From Octopus bimaculoides (Eukaryota), in the NCBI RefSeq assembly GCF_001194135.2, contig NC_068981.1, positions 68,129,239 to 68,193,238 on the forward strand: a stretch of 64,000 nt of DNA. The letters are read 5' to 3'. This document shows, one piece after another, positions 51,111-63,742 of the stretch (the first letter of the stretch is position 1; every line of letters begins with the position of its first letter). A program made the translations under genes and the position numbers. A model generated the notes under the pieces. That model had not been told where the DNA came from. It worked only from the letters and a program-made list of their open reading frames with translations, and searched no databases.

Positions 51111-53748
51111 CGCTCGACGAGATTAGGGGTCCCAAAATACCAGGAGCGATCGAGAAGTAGATACAGAGAATGCTGACGAAGCTGCACTTAATTGAGAATT
51201 ACTGGGTGGTGTATAATGCCTCAAGGTCTGAGTTTAAACAAGGACTAAATAAGGAAGACGAAGAAATGATCGAATTCATTACTAGGAATATAGATAGAAA
51301 TATGCTCAGGGAATGCAGCCATAAGTTGAGTAGATTCCTGGAAGAAATCAAAACAAGTAATATAACCGGAACGAAGAGAGAGATTAAAGCCTAAATCATC
51401 TGTTTAGGAAATAACGTAGGCTTCGAATCAAACCGTAAATGTGGGAATAAAGCAGAAAAACCCTTGGTGGAATAGAAGTATAATACAATCAATGAACGAA
51501 CTACGAAAGCATATCACCATCTTGGAAAGAAAGAAAAAAGTGAATTCAAGAGGGAGGAGAAATATCAGGAATGTAGATAAAGAATAAAAGAAAAACGGCC
51601 TAAATGTAGTTCTTGAAGAGCTAAAACAAAGAGTTCAGTCGAAAGTGACAAAGATCATGAGATATGACCAAATAATTGAACAATAAAATGTCAACAGATT
51701 GTTCCAACAAGACCAGAAGAAGGATTTATCAACAGCTGAATGGAAAAGTTAACAGCAGTGAGAGACCAGACGCTGAAGAAAGTAAAAGGTTTTGAAGTAA
51801 CATCTCGGATAATGGATGAAAGCATAACAAAGATGCTAAATGGTTGAAGGAATTAAGTTCGGAAAAATATGAACTGAAACAGCAATGTTAGAATAACGTC
51901 TGAAATGGTAATCGGACAGGCAATAAAGCTCCCAAACTGGAAATGCCCAGGACCGGATGGGGTACAAGAATATTGGCTGAAAAATTTCCCAGTACTACAC
52001 AGAAGAATAGCCACGCAATTAGATAAAATGATCAACAGCGGTATACAAATTCGAAAGAGGTGACCACAGATAATACAATTGTTTGCCAAAATGATGCCAA
52101 CAAGCGTAGTTCAGTAGATCATTAACGGCCTATCGCCTGTCTGTCCCTGATGTAGAAGCTGATGACAGGAATAATATCTGATTATGTATATAAGTTCCTG
52201 GAATTGAATAATAAACTGCCAGTGGAACAGAAAGGGCGCTGAAGGAAAAGCTGAGGGACAAAATACCAACTTCTGATACACAGGACAGTACTGAACAACT
52301 GCAAGAAAAGACGTGCTAATATGGGTATGGTGTAGATCGATTAAAGAATGTCTATAACCTGGTCCCCACTTTCAGAAAGTAGAGAGCTGGCACGTGTATC
52401 TGATAACAAGATTAGGGTATCAATGAAAAACTGGAATACAGAGTTAACTTCATGTGGAAAATTTTTGGAGAGCTTTAACATCAAGAGAGGCATATTTCAA
52501 GGAGATAGCCTGTCACCAATGCCGTTTGTCATTTGTATGATGTGTTTCACACAGATACTACGGAAAATGACATCATAGTACACCTTGAAAGTGGCGGAAA
52601 ATTAAATCACCGGAAAATTAAATCATCTGTTATAAATGGAAGATTTAAAGATCTTTGGAATGACCGAATGTGAAATAAATGTCTAATTTCAACAGTGCCG
52701 ATATTCAGTAAAGATATCGGAATGGAATATGGGAGTAAAAAGTTATGTATACTTGTAATACAAAGAGACAACGTAGTGTAGCCTGATGGTGTAGAGCTAC
52801 CCAACAGCGGGAACATCGAGGATATTGAAACTAATGGATATACGTATCCGGGAAATTTAGAATAAGATAAAATCAAGGAAAATGAAATGAAAGAAAGCTT
52901 TAAGCGAGAATATCTCAGAAGAACCAAGTAAATTATGGGAAGCAGACTCAATGGAAAACAAAATCAGGGCAATGAACACATGGGATGTTTATTTAATGTA
53001 ATACGGTGCAGGTGTTTTTAGGTAAACATAGAGGCAGTTTGAAGAAATGGACAGGAAAACTAGAAAAGTGATGATAAATAACAATGAACTACACCCACAA
53101 AAGCGATGCAGACAGATGGAAGTGCCTCCTAGCGGGTGTGGATGAAGTCTTATAGGATGCAGGATCTGTATTATCAACGAGGATTTTTCTGCTTTATTCC
53201 CACATTTACGGTTTGATTCGAAGCCTACGTTATTTCCTAAACAGATGTACTATCGCAATAGTACATCAAAAATAAGTGTGAACCTTTATAATAATAATCA
53301 TGACAATAATTGTGGATGTAGCCTACTGCCACAGAAAGAATCTTAGAAAAGATATGACAATCTAGGGAAAGAAATCTACTGAGAGCTATGTAGAAAGATA
53401 GGATTTGAAGAAACCGATAAATGGTATGATCATGAACCTAGTAATGTACTAGAAAGTACGAAATGTTGCGGGAATTCCAAAAATATTTAAATCTGTAAAG
53501 ATTTTCAAAAGTACTTTTAAATGTACACTCTAGCAAACAGCTTCTACTGTCATCTTAACATCACGCTATCATCTTGTAATCAAATTACTTTTAAAAGGAA
53601 CTTCTAATTTTATTATGTTTTGTAAGACATTTTGTGCACAACCAAAAATATGGTACACTAGTCATAACACCAACTCGAGCTTGTCTCTTCAGGTCGCTGG
53701 GTTAGACTTGAAGTCAACTGGTACAAATACAAAGAAAGAGCCAAAACT
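51111..53748 (+). mobile_element. R4/Dong-clade element, long decayed copy with internal deletion and 3' UTR
   Basis: Starts after (TAA)n. NRLFQQDQKRIY; PNWKCPGPDGVQ.YWLKNF; RPIACLSLM.KLMTGII; DQLL; NIKRGIFQGDSLSPMPF; HLL.MEDLKIF; YPGNL; ELHP. Resumes at about 53310 with CSLL..KE...WYDHEP. UTR 53680-53748 resembles 7879-7950. Confidence 0.88.
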
Positions 53749-53863
53749 ATAATAATAAAAAAATAATAATGACGATGACGATGATGATGATGATGATGAT
53801 GTTAACAACAAAAACATCCACAACAACAGCAATTACAATAACAATAATAATAATAATAATAAC

Positions 53864-53922
<59 letters not shown>

Positions 53923-53923
<1 letters not shown>

Positions 53924-54074
53924 TGCACTACTGGGTACTGCACACATTCTACGCAAAACACTTTCAATACAGTAAACATAAGAGCACCACAGCAAACCAC
54001 AGCACATACCCAAGGCACACAGTGCTGCGCTCGGTAGTGAAGTGAAAGCACGTTATAAAAATAAAACTACTGAA
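53923..54074 (+). mobile_element. 152-bp 5'-truncated Dong-like 3' end inside (TAA)n
   Basis: IALLGTAHILRKTLSIQ* plus UTR. I count 7 differences over 152 nt from the reverse complement of 35645-35798. Confidence 0.95.
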
Positions 54075-54075
54075 C

Positions 54076-54120
<45 letters not shown>

Positions 54121-54149
54121 CATTATAATAACAATAATAATATTAATAA

Positions 54150-54270
54150 TAATAGGCTAAATCGACACAGATGAACAGTCCAGTGAATTGAACAATATCA
54201 GATAAAAACTTTGTTCCAACAAGATCAGAAAATGGTTTATTAGCAGCTGAATGGAAAGGTTAACAATAGT
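54150..54270 (+). mobile_element. Short R4/Dong-clade fragment after (TAA)n
   Basis: Paralogous to 51645-51760 (GATGA.CA...ATTGAACAAT...TTGTTCCAACAAGA.CAGAA...CAGCTGAATGGAAA.GTTAACA). Confidence 0.75.
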
Positions 54271-55324
54271 GCGAGATCCCGCGCGCGAGCAATTGCTCGT
54301 ATAAGCGTGCGGGTGTACGCGCACAGAGGCATCTATGTGTAAACATGTTTAAGTATGTGAGGTATATTTGATGAACTTCTTAAACAAAATATAAAGTACT
54401 CAGTACATGGCATAAGCTCTTAGTTTCTAACTGGGACAAATCTTTTGCTGAAACATTTTATTACTATACTTGAAAACTAGCCTTTTCTTCTGTGTGGTGT
54501 AAATGGAAATGTATTGATGTTATGGGGCTTGCCTTTGGTGAATGACCAAGTGATTGCTATTTCATCATAAACACAAAACTCTGTTCTGGAATTCTGCTCG
54601 ACTGGACACGAGTGAGATATGCTAAAGGAGGAAATTTTCAATGCGCAATGGAGAATTTACGCATTCAGTAACTGTAAACTGAAAATTCGCTTAATTTTGA
54701 GTTTCTGCTGAAGTCATTTGCATTCTCTGCCCATATTAGTTGCATGAACCATACAATTTTCTATTTGTACATCGCATAAAATGTTATATAGACAAATAAT
54801 AATACATGCCGATATCTTCTTTCCATGGATTAGTTGATATTGCAAAATATATATACTATATTGTGGTAAAATAAAAACAGCGGCAATATATATTATTAAA
54901 AAAGAAAACAGTAAATGTAATTCTATTTTCCGGATGGCTAGTATCTGATTATTTGTCAGAGATGAGAGATTCCCACACAGTTAAGGCTACTCATACACAT
55001 GTAACGCAAATGTTACAATGATTTTGAGCAAATTTATCACTCTAAACATATATATATATATATATATATANNNNNNNNNNNNNNNNNNNNNNNNNNNNNN
55101 NNNNNNNNNNNNNNNNNNNNNNNNNNNNNNNNNNNNNNNNNNNNNNNNNNNNNNNNNNNNNNNNNNNNNNNNNNNNNNNNNNNNNNNNNNNNNNNNNNNN
55201 NNNNNNNNNNNNNNNNNNNNNNNNNNNNNNNNNNNNNNNNNNNNNNNNNNNNNNNNNNNNNNNNNNNNNNNNNNNNNNNNNNNNNNNNNNNGTGTGTGCG
55301 TGCGTATATGTTTTATATTTTTTC

Positions 55325-55735
55325 AGTTATTTCAGTCATTTGACTGCGACTCTGCTACCGCAACACTTCGGAGAGTTTTTAGTAGAACAAATTGGCCCTA
55401 GTACGTAGTATATTTGAAGTCTAGAAATTATTCTATCGGTCGCTTTTACGGACTCGTAAATTATAGACGGATACGCACCATCGCCAGCTGTGAAGGATTT
55501 GTGGGAGACAAACACAGACGTAAAGACACCCCCCCACACACACACACACACACTCACACAGAGATGTATACATATATACCAAGGCTTCTTTCGGCTGTTG
55601 TCTACCAAATCCACTCACAAGTATTTGGTCGGTCTGATGTTATGGTAGAAAACACCAGCCCGAGGTGCCACGCAGTTGGACGGATTCCTGAACCATGTGG
55701 TTGAGAAGGAAGCTTCTTTCCACACGCCCACTCCT
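55325..55735 (-). mobile_element. Near full-length CORE-like SINE
   Basis: Minus strand: AGGAGTGGCGTGTGG...CACATGGTTCAGGAATCC...GCGTGGCACCTCGGG...GTGAGTGGATTTGGTAGAC...microsatellite...GTCAAATGACTGAAATAA. Confidence 0.75.
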
Positions 55736-55747
55736 AGTCCTATATAT

Positions 55748-55876
55748 GAGAGTGGATTTGGTAGGCCACTTCGAGAGAAGCCTTCGTATATATGTATATA
55801 TCTATGTGTGTGTGTGTGTGTCTTTATGCCTGTGTTTGTCTCCCACAAATCCTTCACAACTGATGGTGGTATGTAT
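55748..55876 (+). mobile_element. Partial CORE-like SINE, inverted relative to the preceding copy
   Basis: GAGTGGATTTGGTAGG...GAAGCCTTCGTATATATG...TGTGTTTGTCTCCCACAAATCCTTCACA. Confidence 0.75.
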
Positions 55877-56214
55877 CTCGCGATGTTGGTACTTGTTATA
55901 GGCTGGTCGGGTTTCGGTCGCCCTCCAAACAATATATTGTATATAACGGGTACAAAGTCGCAAGAATAACCAGCTGGCGGAGATTCTGCCTGGGGTTAAC
56001 CAGCAGTAACATTCAACAGCCACTTTGATGTGTGTGTGTGTGTCTTCAATTGCTCAAACAGTATAGCCATCTACTTGACGGTCATGCTGATATAAAAGTT
56101 TCTCAGAGAATACAAAATCCTGGACATGTTTCACACTTACAACATGAGTCGGAGGCTATATACAGGTGAGCGAGGACATTAAAATTCCGTTCCCTGTGTG
56201 CTAATAGCACTGGT

Positions 56215-56990
56215 CTACCAGCATACGACACTGAATGAAATACATAAAGGATGCACTAGCCCAGGAGGGATTGTAATCTCAAAATCAAATCAGTGCATGA
56301 CCTGGGCATTGTCACGGGTAATGGTGTATCTTTCTAGGTGCATATTACTAGGTTCGAAGAGCATGCTGACGGCTGCGCAGATGGGTCCTTAGAACGTTCA
56401 AAACAAGAGAACATCAAACTATAATGTTTCTACGGAAGACATTTGTCCTCGGCCGTTTAGATTACTTCTTCCATCTACGGTCACTTAAAAGTGTCAAATT
56501 AACGGAAGATCTCGAAGCATTCCAGCGAATCTACACAAAACAGATCGTCTCAGTGTGACAGATCAGCTACCGAGAGAGGCTAAGAAAAGAAAGTCTCTAC
56601 TCTCTAGAATAATGGCAGAAAACATATGTAGTGATATACATCTGGAAAGTCCTGACAGGATGTGTAACAATCTTTGGTATTGAAAAATTACAAAAACACC
56701 AGAGCGGGTCACCACTGCATGGTGCTAAAAATCCCAGCTTTGCCATCAAGATACAGGAACAGACGCTGCAACAGCTTGGATTTCAAAGGTCAACAGCTTC
56801 CAACGTCCTCCCAAAAGGCTTCAGAGATGTCCATGTGATCGATGTAGACACCTTCAACGCTGAACTGGAACTTCACCTGTCGAAAGTTCCGGATAAACCA
56901 AGCTCGTAGAAGGCAGCACGAATGAGGGTAGTAATATCAAACTGCCCCTTTGACAAAACACCACATATGAGAGGAGGTCTCAGGTAGTGA
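56215..56990 (+). mobile_element. CR1/L2-group LINE 3' end (RT thumb and C-terminus), decayed
   Basis: VHDLGIV...RTFKTREH...RLDY...LEAFQRIYTKQI...SYRERLRK.SLYSLE...IYIWKVL...NVLPKGFRDVH.IDVDTFNAELELHLSKVPDKP. Confidence 0.8.
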
Positions 56991-57093
56991 AAATGTATGA
57001 AGGCTGACGCTGGTGCGCCAGCATTGCTCCATCTCTTTACGGCTAAAACGAATAGTAGAAAAATTAAAGAATCAATTACACACACACGCACAA

Positions 57094-57124
<31 letters not shown>

Positions 57125-58635
57125 CATAAAAACACACACGTACACACACACACACATAAATATATATGCGCACATATACACACATACATAAATATACATT
57201 CGAAACTATATACACAGCAAGATATGCGGTGTTCTATATCCGATGCTTTTTTTTATGAACACATGTCGTCTGCGTCAATACGTCTCTTTGCATGGAAACT
57301 TACTTTCATATACGTATGTTTATACCTAGACACTTATTGCAAGTATGTATAGATGTTCGTTTATGGGTTGTGTGTGTGTGTTTTTGAGTGCGTATTTATA
57401 TATGTGTGTGTGTATGTGTCTGTGAGTGTGTGTGCTTGTGCGTGCGCGTATATGCTTGTATATAAAAACACTCCTGTTCAGCGTGCCATCATTAAATCTC
57501 GCAACTTGAAGTTCCATTAAAAATTCATTGCACTTAAGTATTTACCGGAAAATGCTACTTTTCACCGGATATTAGTCCCGCCACCTGCATGATACATATT
57601 CACGTACATACATACATAAATACATATATACATACACATACATTTATATAGATAAATACATTTATCTTTCATCTCTGTATAAAACCCAGTCCTTCACCTT
57701 TTCTCCCACTCTCCCGCTCTATAACACTCTTTCTTTCTCGATATATACATGTGATTGTGTCTGTGTGAGTTTGTGTGCATGTCTGTTTATAAGTGTTGCT
57801 GTATTTTTGCAAATGTATGAGTCGAATGCATATATACCCACAGTGGAGATAGAATAAACGAGAACTAACCACTGTAAATGAATGTATTGAAATATCTCTG
57901 CAGATTCCTGTATTATGTTGGTTTAGTATATACGTGTGTATTTAATTCAAATTTTTATACATTTATATATTTTTGCCTTCCTTTGTGTTATCTTGTTGCT
58001 GCACAAAAAGAATAACGTCTATTTATTTTTTCTTGTCTGCAACACTAGCGTCAATATGGATATGTTAAGCACTAGCATGAGGAGAGGACATAGTAAATGA
58101 TAGCCAAAAATGTTTTTAGAGAATACATTATATACGTTCGAATATTTTTCTAGGAACTCACATTATCCAAGTTCACCGTTTACTATTGGTGAATCTAATT
58201 TTTGTCATTTACACAAACAGTCACGCAAAAGACACAGATGCATATAATTATATATAATGTGTGTATATATNNNNNNNNNNNNNNNNNNNNNNNNNNNNNN
58301 NNNNNNNNNNNNNNNNNNNNNNNNNNNNNNNNNNNNNNNNNNNNNNNNNNNNNNNNNNNNNNNNNNNNNNNNNNNNNNNNNNNNNNNNNNNNNNNNNNNN
58401 NNNNNNNNNNNNNNNNNNNNNNNNNNNNNNNNNNNNNNNNNNNNNNNNNNNNNNNNNNNNNNNNNNNNNNNNNNNNNNNNNNNNNNNNNNNNNNNNNNNN
58501 NNNNNNNNNNNNNNNNNNNNNNNNNNNNNNNNNNNNNNNNTATATATGTATATGCATGCATGTATGCATATATGAGTGCCTGTTCTATATTTACACATAT
58601 ACAATCAGGCACATATATTTGTTTTGTGAATTATT

Positions 58636-58687
<52 letters not shown>

Positions 58688-59302
58688 TTTGTGTGTGCAT
58701 ATGTATATAAATGTGTATGTATATATGTATCTATCTATTTATCTATCTAAATATGTATCTATCTATCTATCTATCTCTCTTCTATATATGTGTGTGTATG
58801 TTTTTATGAGTTTGCTTATGTGTATATGTAGACATATGTGCGTATGTATACATGTATAAACATACATCTCCACATATAGTGATAAGCTTACATACCCTTA
58901 TCACCATGATATGCATCAAAACTCTCTTCTCCTACCATCTCCCACATCATCATCATTATCATCATTTCCAGTTATATCATTCTCAACGTTATTGCTTTCT
59001 CGTTTCTTGTTGGAATAAATAAATGGTAATAAATAAAGATGGAAAGAGTTGTGATAGGGGGGAAAAAAAGCATTTATTTCATCTTAACGAAGCCATTAAC
59101 AAGTTAAAAACTGTTAATCACACAGGGGTTTCTAGTGTATTGGAAGGTAATATAAATGGTGAAGTTTGGCAAGTGAAAAACGATTTCAATTCTTTTTCCT
59201 TTATATATAATTTTTTCCGTCCTCTTTCTTCATCTATTGACAAAGAATTTAATATATCAACGATTCATTTAGAAATATCAAAAGCATAAACTGCAACTGC
59301 AC

Positions 59303-59334
<32 letters not shown>

Positions 59335-59344
59335 TATTATTATT

Positions 59345-60026
59345 TCTAATATATGCACAAGGCCTAACATTTGAGCGAGGAGCAAAGTCATTTTCATCGA
59401 CGCCGGCGTTTCACTGGTTCTGTATTTATCGGCCCATAGAGAATGAAAGGTAAATTCAACGTCGGCAGAATATGTATTCAGGACGTAGTGACAGACGAAA
59501 TATCGCTAAATACTTCGCCTGGCGTGCTAACGATTCTGCCAAATCGGTGCCTGAAAAATCCTTTCTGCTGGAAGGACAGAGCCTCAAATTTTGGCGGAAG
59601 GGTTAAGTCGATTGAAGTGACCTCAATACGTAACTGGTACTAATTTTATGGATCCCGAAAGGATGAATGGTAAGGTCGACATCGGCGAAATTCGAACTCG
59701 AAACCTAACGACAGACGAAATACCGCTAAGCATTTCGCCGGTCGTGCTAACGATTCTGCCAGCTCGCCGCCTTAATAATCTTACTAATAATAAATATCAT
59801 TATAATAATAATGGTTTCAAATTTTGCCACAAGGGCAGCTATTTTGAAGAAGGGGGTAATCGATTACTTCGATTCCAGTGTTTAACTGGTACTTAATTTA
59901 TTGACCCCGAAAGAATAAAAGGCAAAGTTCGCCTCGGCAGTATTTGAACTCTGAACGTAGCGGCAGAAGAAATACCGCTAAGCAATTCGTCCTGCATGCT
60001 ATCGATTCTGCAAGCTCACCGCCTTA
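59345..60026 (-). mobile_element. Three head-to-tail SINE family A copies
   Basis: Units about 59345-59550, 59555-59772 and 59810-60026. Each has GACGAAAT.CCGCTAAG...GCTAACGATTCTGCC. The last two end GCCGCCTT/ACCGCCTT-AATAAT. Confidence 0.9.
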
Positions 60027-60139
60027 ATAATCATTATAATTATAAATGGCATTGTAACCATATGTTGAAAGGAATTCTTTGGGGCTTGGATAGTTCAACT
60101 CTGGAAATGTAGGTGTTTTGTTCATCATTCATAAACAAC

Positions 60140-60274
60140 CCTGATTCACGGTTGTTGTTGTTGCTGTTGTTATTATTATTATTTAAAAAAAGTTTATTAT
60201 TATTATTATTATCATCATCATCATTATCATCATCATTATTATTATTATTAATATTATTACTATTATTATTATTA

Positions 60275-60323
<49 letters not shown>

Positions 60324-60360
60324 CGTTGTTGTTGTTGTTGTTACTGTTGTTGTTGTTGTT

Positions 60361-60392
<32 letters not shown>

Positions 60393-60402
60393 CATTATTA
60401 TT
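60140..60402. repeat. Compound (TTG)/(TTA)/(TCA) trinucleotide microsatellite
   Basis: Directly visible. Explains the poly-L/N/I/T ORFs in the track. Confidence 0.95.
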
Positions 60403-60505
60403 GAGGGAGAGAGCAGAGGATGCCATCAAATTGACACTGGGGTAAAATATACAAAAGAAAACAAAACAACAGTTCGCTAATGTTTTATAAATACAAAGAA
60501 TAGTT

Positions 60506-61370
60506 TTATTCATCAAGGTATGCACTCATATTGTCAATACACTTTTGCCATTTTAGCGGTAGTTTCTCCGGACCGGAACTGTAAAAGCTTGGCAATCTAG
60601 AGTCATTAAAATCTCGGAAGACTTGTTTTACAGCATCGTCAGAATTAATTTTTTTCCTATCAAAAAGTTATCCAAATTCTGAAAGAAGAGTTGTCAGTGG
60701 GAGAAAGATGAGGTGGGTCTGGTGGATGATGGAGAACTTCCAACTCCATATTCTGTAGTTTCGCCAATAGCATTTTTGGGATGAGTGGTGTAGCGTTGTC
60801 TTGTAAAATAATATGAGTGGATCTGTTATCTAATCTAGGCTGTTTTTTTTTTTGTAAGTTCCTGCATCATTCGGTCCTGGTCTGCAGTATACTTCGGCCG
60901 TGATTGATGAGCCAGGTTTAATGCGCCAGACCACCAAACCCACACCATGAGCTTCTTTTGATGAATATTGCTTTCCAGACTGTGTTCTTGTGGCCCATCT
61001 TTTTCCAGTCATTGTGCTGAACGTTTACGGTTGTTGTATTGGTTACATTTCTCTTTGCATGTTAAAATTCAATTCAGAAATGATTTATATTTTTGATGAG
61101 AAAGTAGCATAATACAGGCTTCCAAACGTTGATGTTTCTGATTTTCATTGAGTTCATGCGGAACCCACTTATCCAAATCTTTCACTATATCGATTTGAAT
61201 TAGGTGAGTCAATATTGTTTGCTTGCTAACGCCAAACAACAACAATAATATTCACGAGCACTTTGAGATGGACCTGACTCGATGGCAGCTTTCAGTTCCT
61301 CATTATCCACCTTTGTTTCTGGTCGACTACATTTATCTTTAAAATTTTATTCCACAAAATTAAGCACTAT
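60506..61370 (-). mobile_element. Mariner transposase pseudogene
   Basis: WVPHELNENQKHQRLEAC; NRKRSAQ; LVVWRIKPGSSITAEVYC; LQDNA.PL; HHPP.PPHLSPTD; FQNLDNFLIGKK; KWQKCIDNMSAYLDE*. Multiple frameshifts. Confidence 0.92.
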
Positions 61371-62194
61371 AAAGAGCAGGCGATCAACCTTACGATACGA
61401 AGGACAACGGAACAAGCTTTCGTCATTTAGGTTTTAAGACAGCTAGTTTATCCCTTGTGTATCATCTCTCGTCCATAATCGACACGCACACCTAATCCCG
61501 GATCATGTATATCCTGTTGATGTTGGAAATAGCAGCAATAGCTTCTACTCAAGCAAGCAGTTGAGCGTGACACAATGCTCACTGTCACTCGTTTTATTCA
61601 TTGTGACACCATAAAATCAGTGGCTTCAGTTTCCCTAATTTCTGACCTTTCATTACCTTTATTGGAGCCGACCAATTGTTTGGGACCTAGACCTTTGGTC
61701 TTTCAGCATAAAACAATGCTCTACGGCTATACGTTACATGAAATGTGCACTCACGTTTCTTAATCATGTCAGAAATCATATACTTTCCTACAGTTACATA
61801 TTTATTTCAAGTGAAACCCATTACAACTAAAAGAAACACACTTATTCAAATATGAAAAGTGCTTTTGTATTTCCAAAAGACAGTCAAGTCTTAAATCTTA
61901 AAAGTACTATAATAAAAATACAGAATTCAGCCGTCTTTAGTAATTTTATTGGCGTTAAACAGCGAACTGACATTTTGTAACACATTGAATAGAGATATTT
62001 AGTAGTCATAGATTTAATGCGTTTAAGTTTTTCAAGAGAGGTCAGTATGCAAGTAGATATTGAACCGTTTATTTAATAACATATATTCTGCGATACATAT
62101 GTAAACAAACACAGTATATTACTGTTATCTGTCGAATAGCATGGAAACCAGAGCTCATCTTTACAAAGCTTCAACTTTTAAAATTCATTGGTGA

Positions 62195-63030
62195 CATAAA
62201 GCGACGAGCTCACAGAATGATTAACGCAACGGAAATAATGCTTAACAGTATTTTGTACGTCTCTACGTTTTGAGTTTAAACGACTACGGGCTGACGTTGC
62301 TATTCATCCTTTCAGAATAGATAAAATAAGCACCAGTTGAACATTGGCGTCGACGCAGACGTAATTGCTAGTCCTGTACGAAAACTTGAAACCGATAATT
62401 ATAGGTCACGTTAAGGAAGCGAGTATACATCATCATTAAAGCCGGGCAAAATACTCAACGACAATTCATCTGTTTTACATTTAAATGCGCTGAGGGGGTG
62501 ACTTTGCCTTTCATTCATATGTGCATGTTTGTACCGATAGATATATAATTATTTGAAAGTTATGCCATATCATTCTAAGCACAAGCGATATTTTGTGTAT
62601 GTGTACTTAGTGACGTTTCATCCGGCTTTGTATGTTTTGACTTCAAATTCGCCAGTGGTTGAATCTACCTTTCATAATATCGGATTAGTAAAAAGTAGTA
62701 CCGGTTGAATCCTAGGATCAATGACATCGACTTTTCCCCTAGGATCAATGTCATCGACTTATCCCCTCTTCACAAACTGCTTCCTTTCTGTCAAAATTTT
62801 GAACCAGTATTTATCGGTGACGTTGATGCGGCGAGCTAGTAGCAACTTAGGCACACTAGGCAAAATGTTTAGCATAATTTTTTCCGCCTTTGGCTTTTGA
62901 GTTCAAATCCCAGCCTTGTAGACTCCCTTTCATCCTTCCTTGCAGGGATGATAAGTATCTCTAGAACACTGGCGTCGAAAACATTATCTATTGCTTTCCC
63001 TTATAATTGCAGGTCTTGTGCCAAAGTTTG
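62195..63030 (+). mobile_element. Three degraded SINE family A copies (sense)
   Basis: Units about 62195-62360, 62610-62810 and 62828-63030. Each has TTTTGAGTT.AAA/TTCAAATTC...TTTCAT(CC)TT and GCG.CGAGCT-type heads on two of them. Confidence 0.6.
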
Positions 63031-63299
63031 AAGTTGTCTTTATAGGTAATGGCACATGCAGTTGTAGTTTTCTCATGTGCTACAATATTTACAATATATT
63101 TCTTGTGTTTATAATAATATATGGTATATTATTTACCTAATTATATACCAGTCGACGAACACATACACATACATACACATATACATACATAGAGACAGAC
63201 ACACACGTAGGTATATATACATATATATGCATATATATATATGTATGCGTGTATATGTGTGTATATCTATCTATATATATATATATTTATATATGTGTA

Positions 63300-63357
<58 letters not shown>

Positions 63358-63742
63358 ATTACGATATTTTAACAGACATAATAGCGCCATATCATAAATA
63401 ATGTAATCGTATAATGTTATACAATACGTTGACATAAAAACTGAAAATTATTTTACTTCCTCTATGTAGGAATCTACATAGAGGATATATATCATTATAT
63501 AAACATCACAGCCTATATTCGATGAATATATGGAACATTATTAATTTTAGAATGACTGATACGTGAAGAAAATATCAAACAAACGATCTAGACATTCTAT
63601 TGAATATCAAGAAGAACAGAAAAAATACGTAGCATGAAGAAATAGTATAGAAGTATAAAAAGTTGGAGATAAAACAAAGTGTGAAACTTTGCCATGTAGT
63701 TTTCGATAACAAGATATTATCATAGATATAGTTTTCTTTTAC

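Noticed and set aside
59023-59289. 88-aa non-repetitive ORF (also 19069-19365, 23624-23947, 28555-28832)
   Set aside because: No recognisable domain and no convincing splice-site pair.
59345-60026. Regularly repeated units suggestive of a CRISPR-like array
   Set aside because: The units are diverged SINEs of about 200 bp in a eukaryotic context, with no constant repeat/spacer structure and no cas genes.
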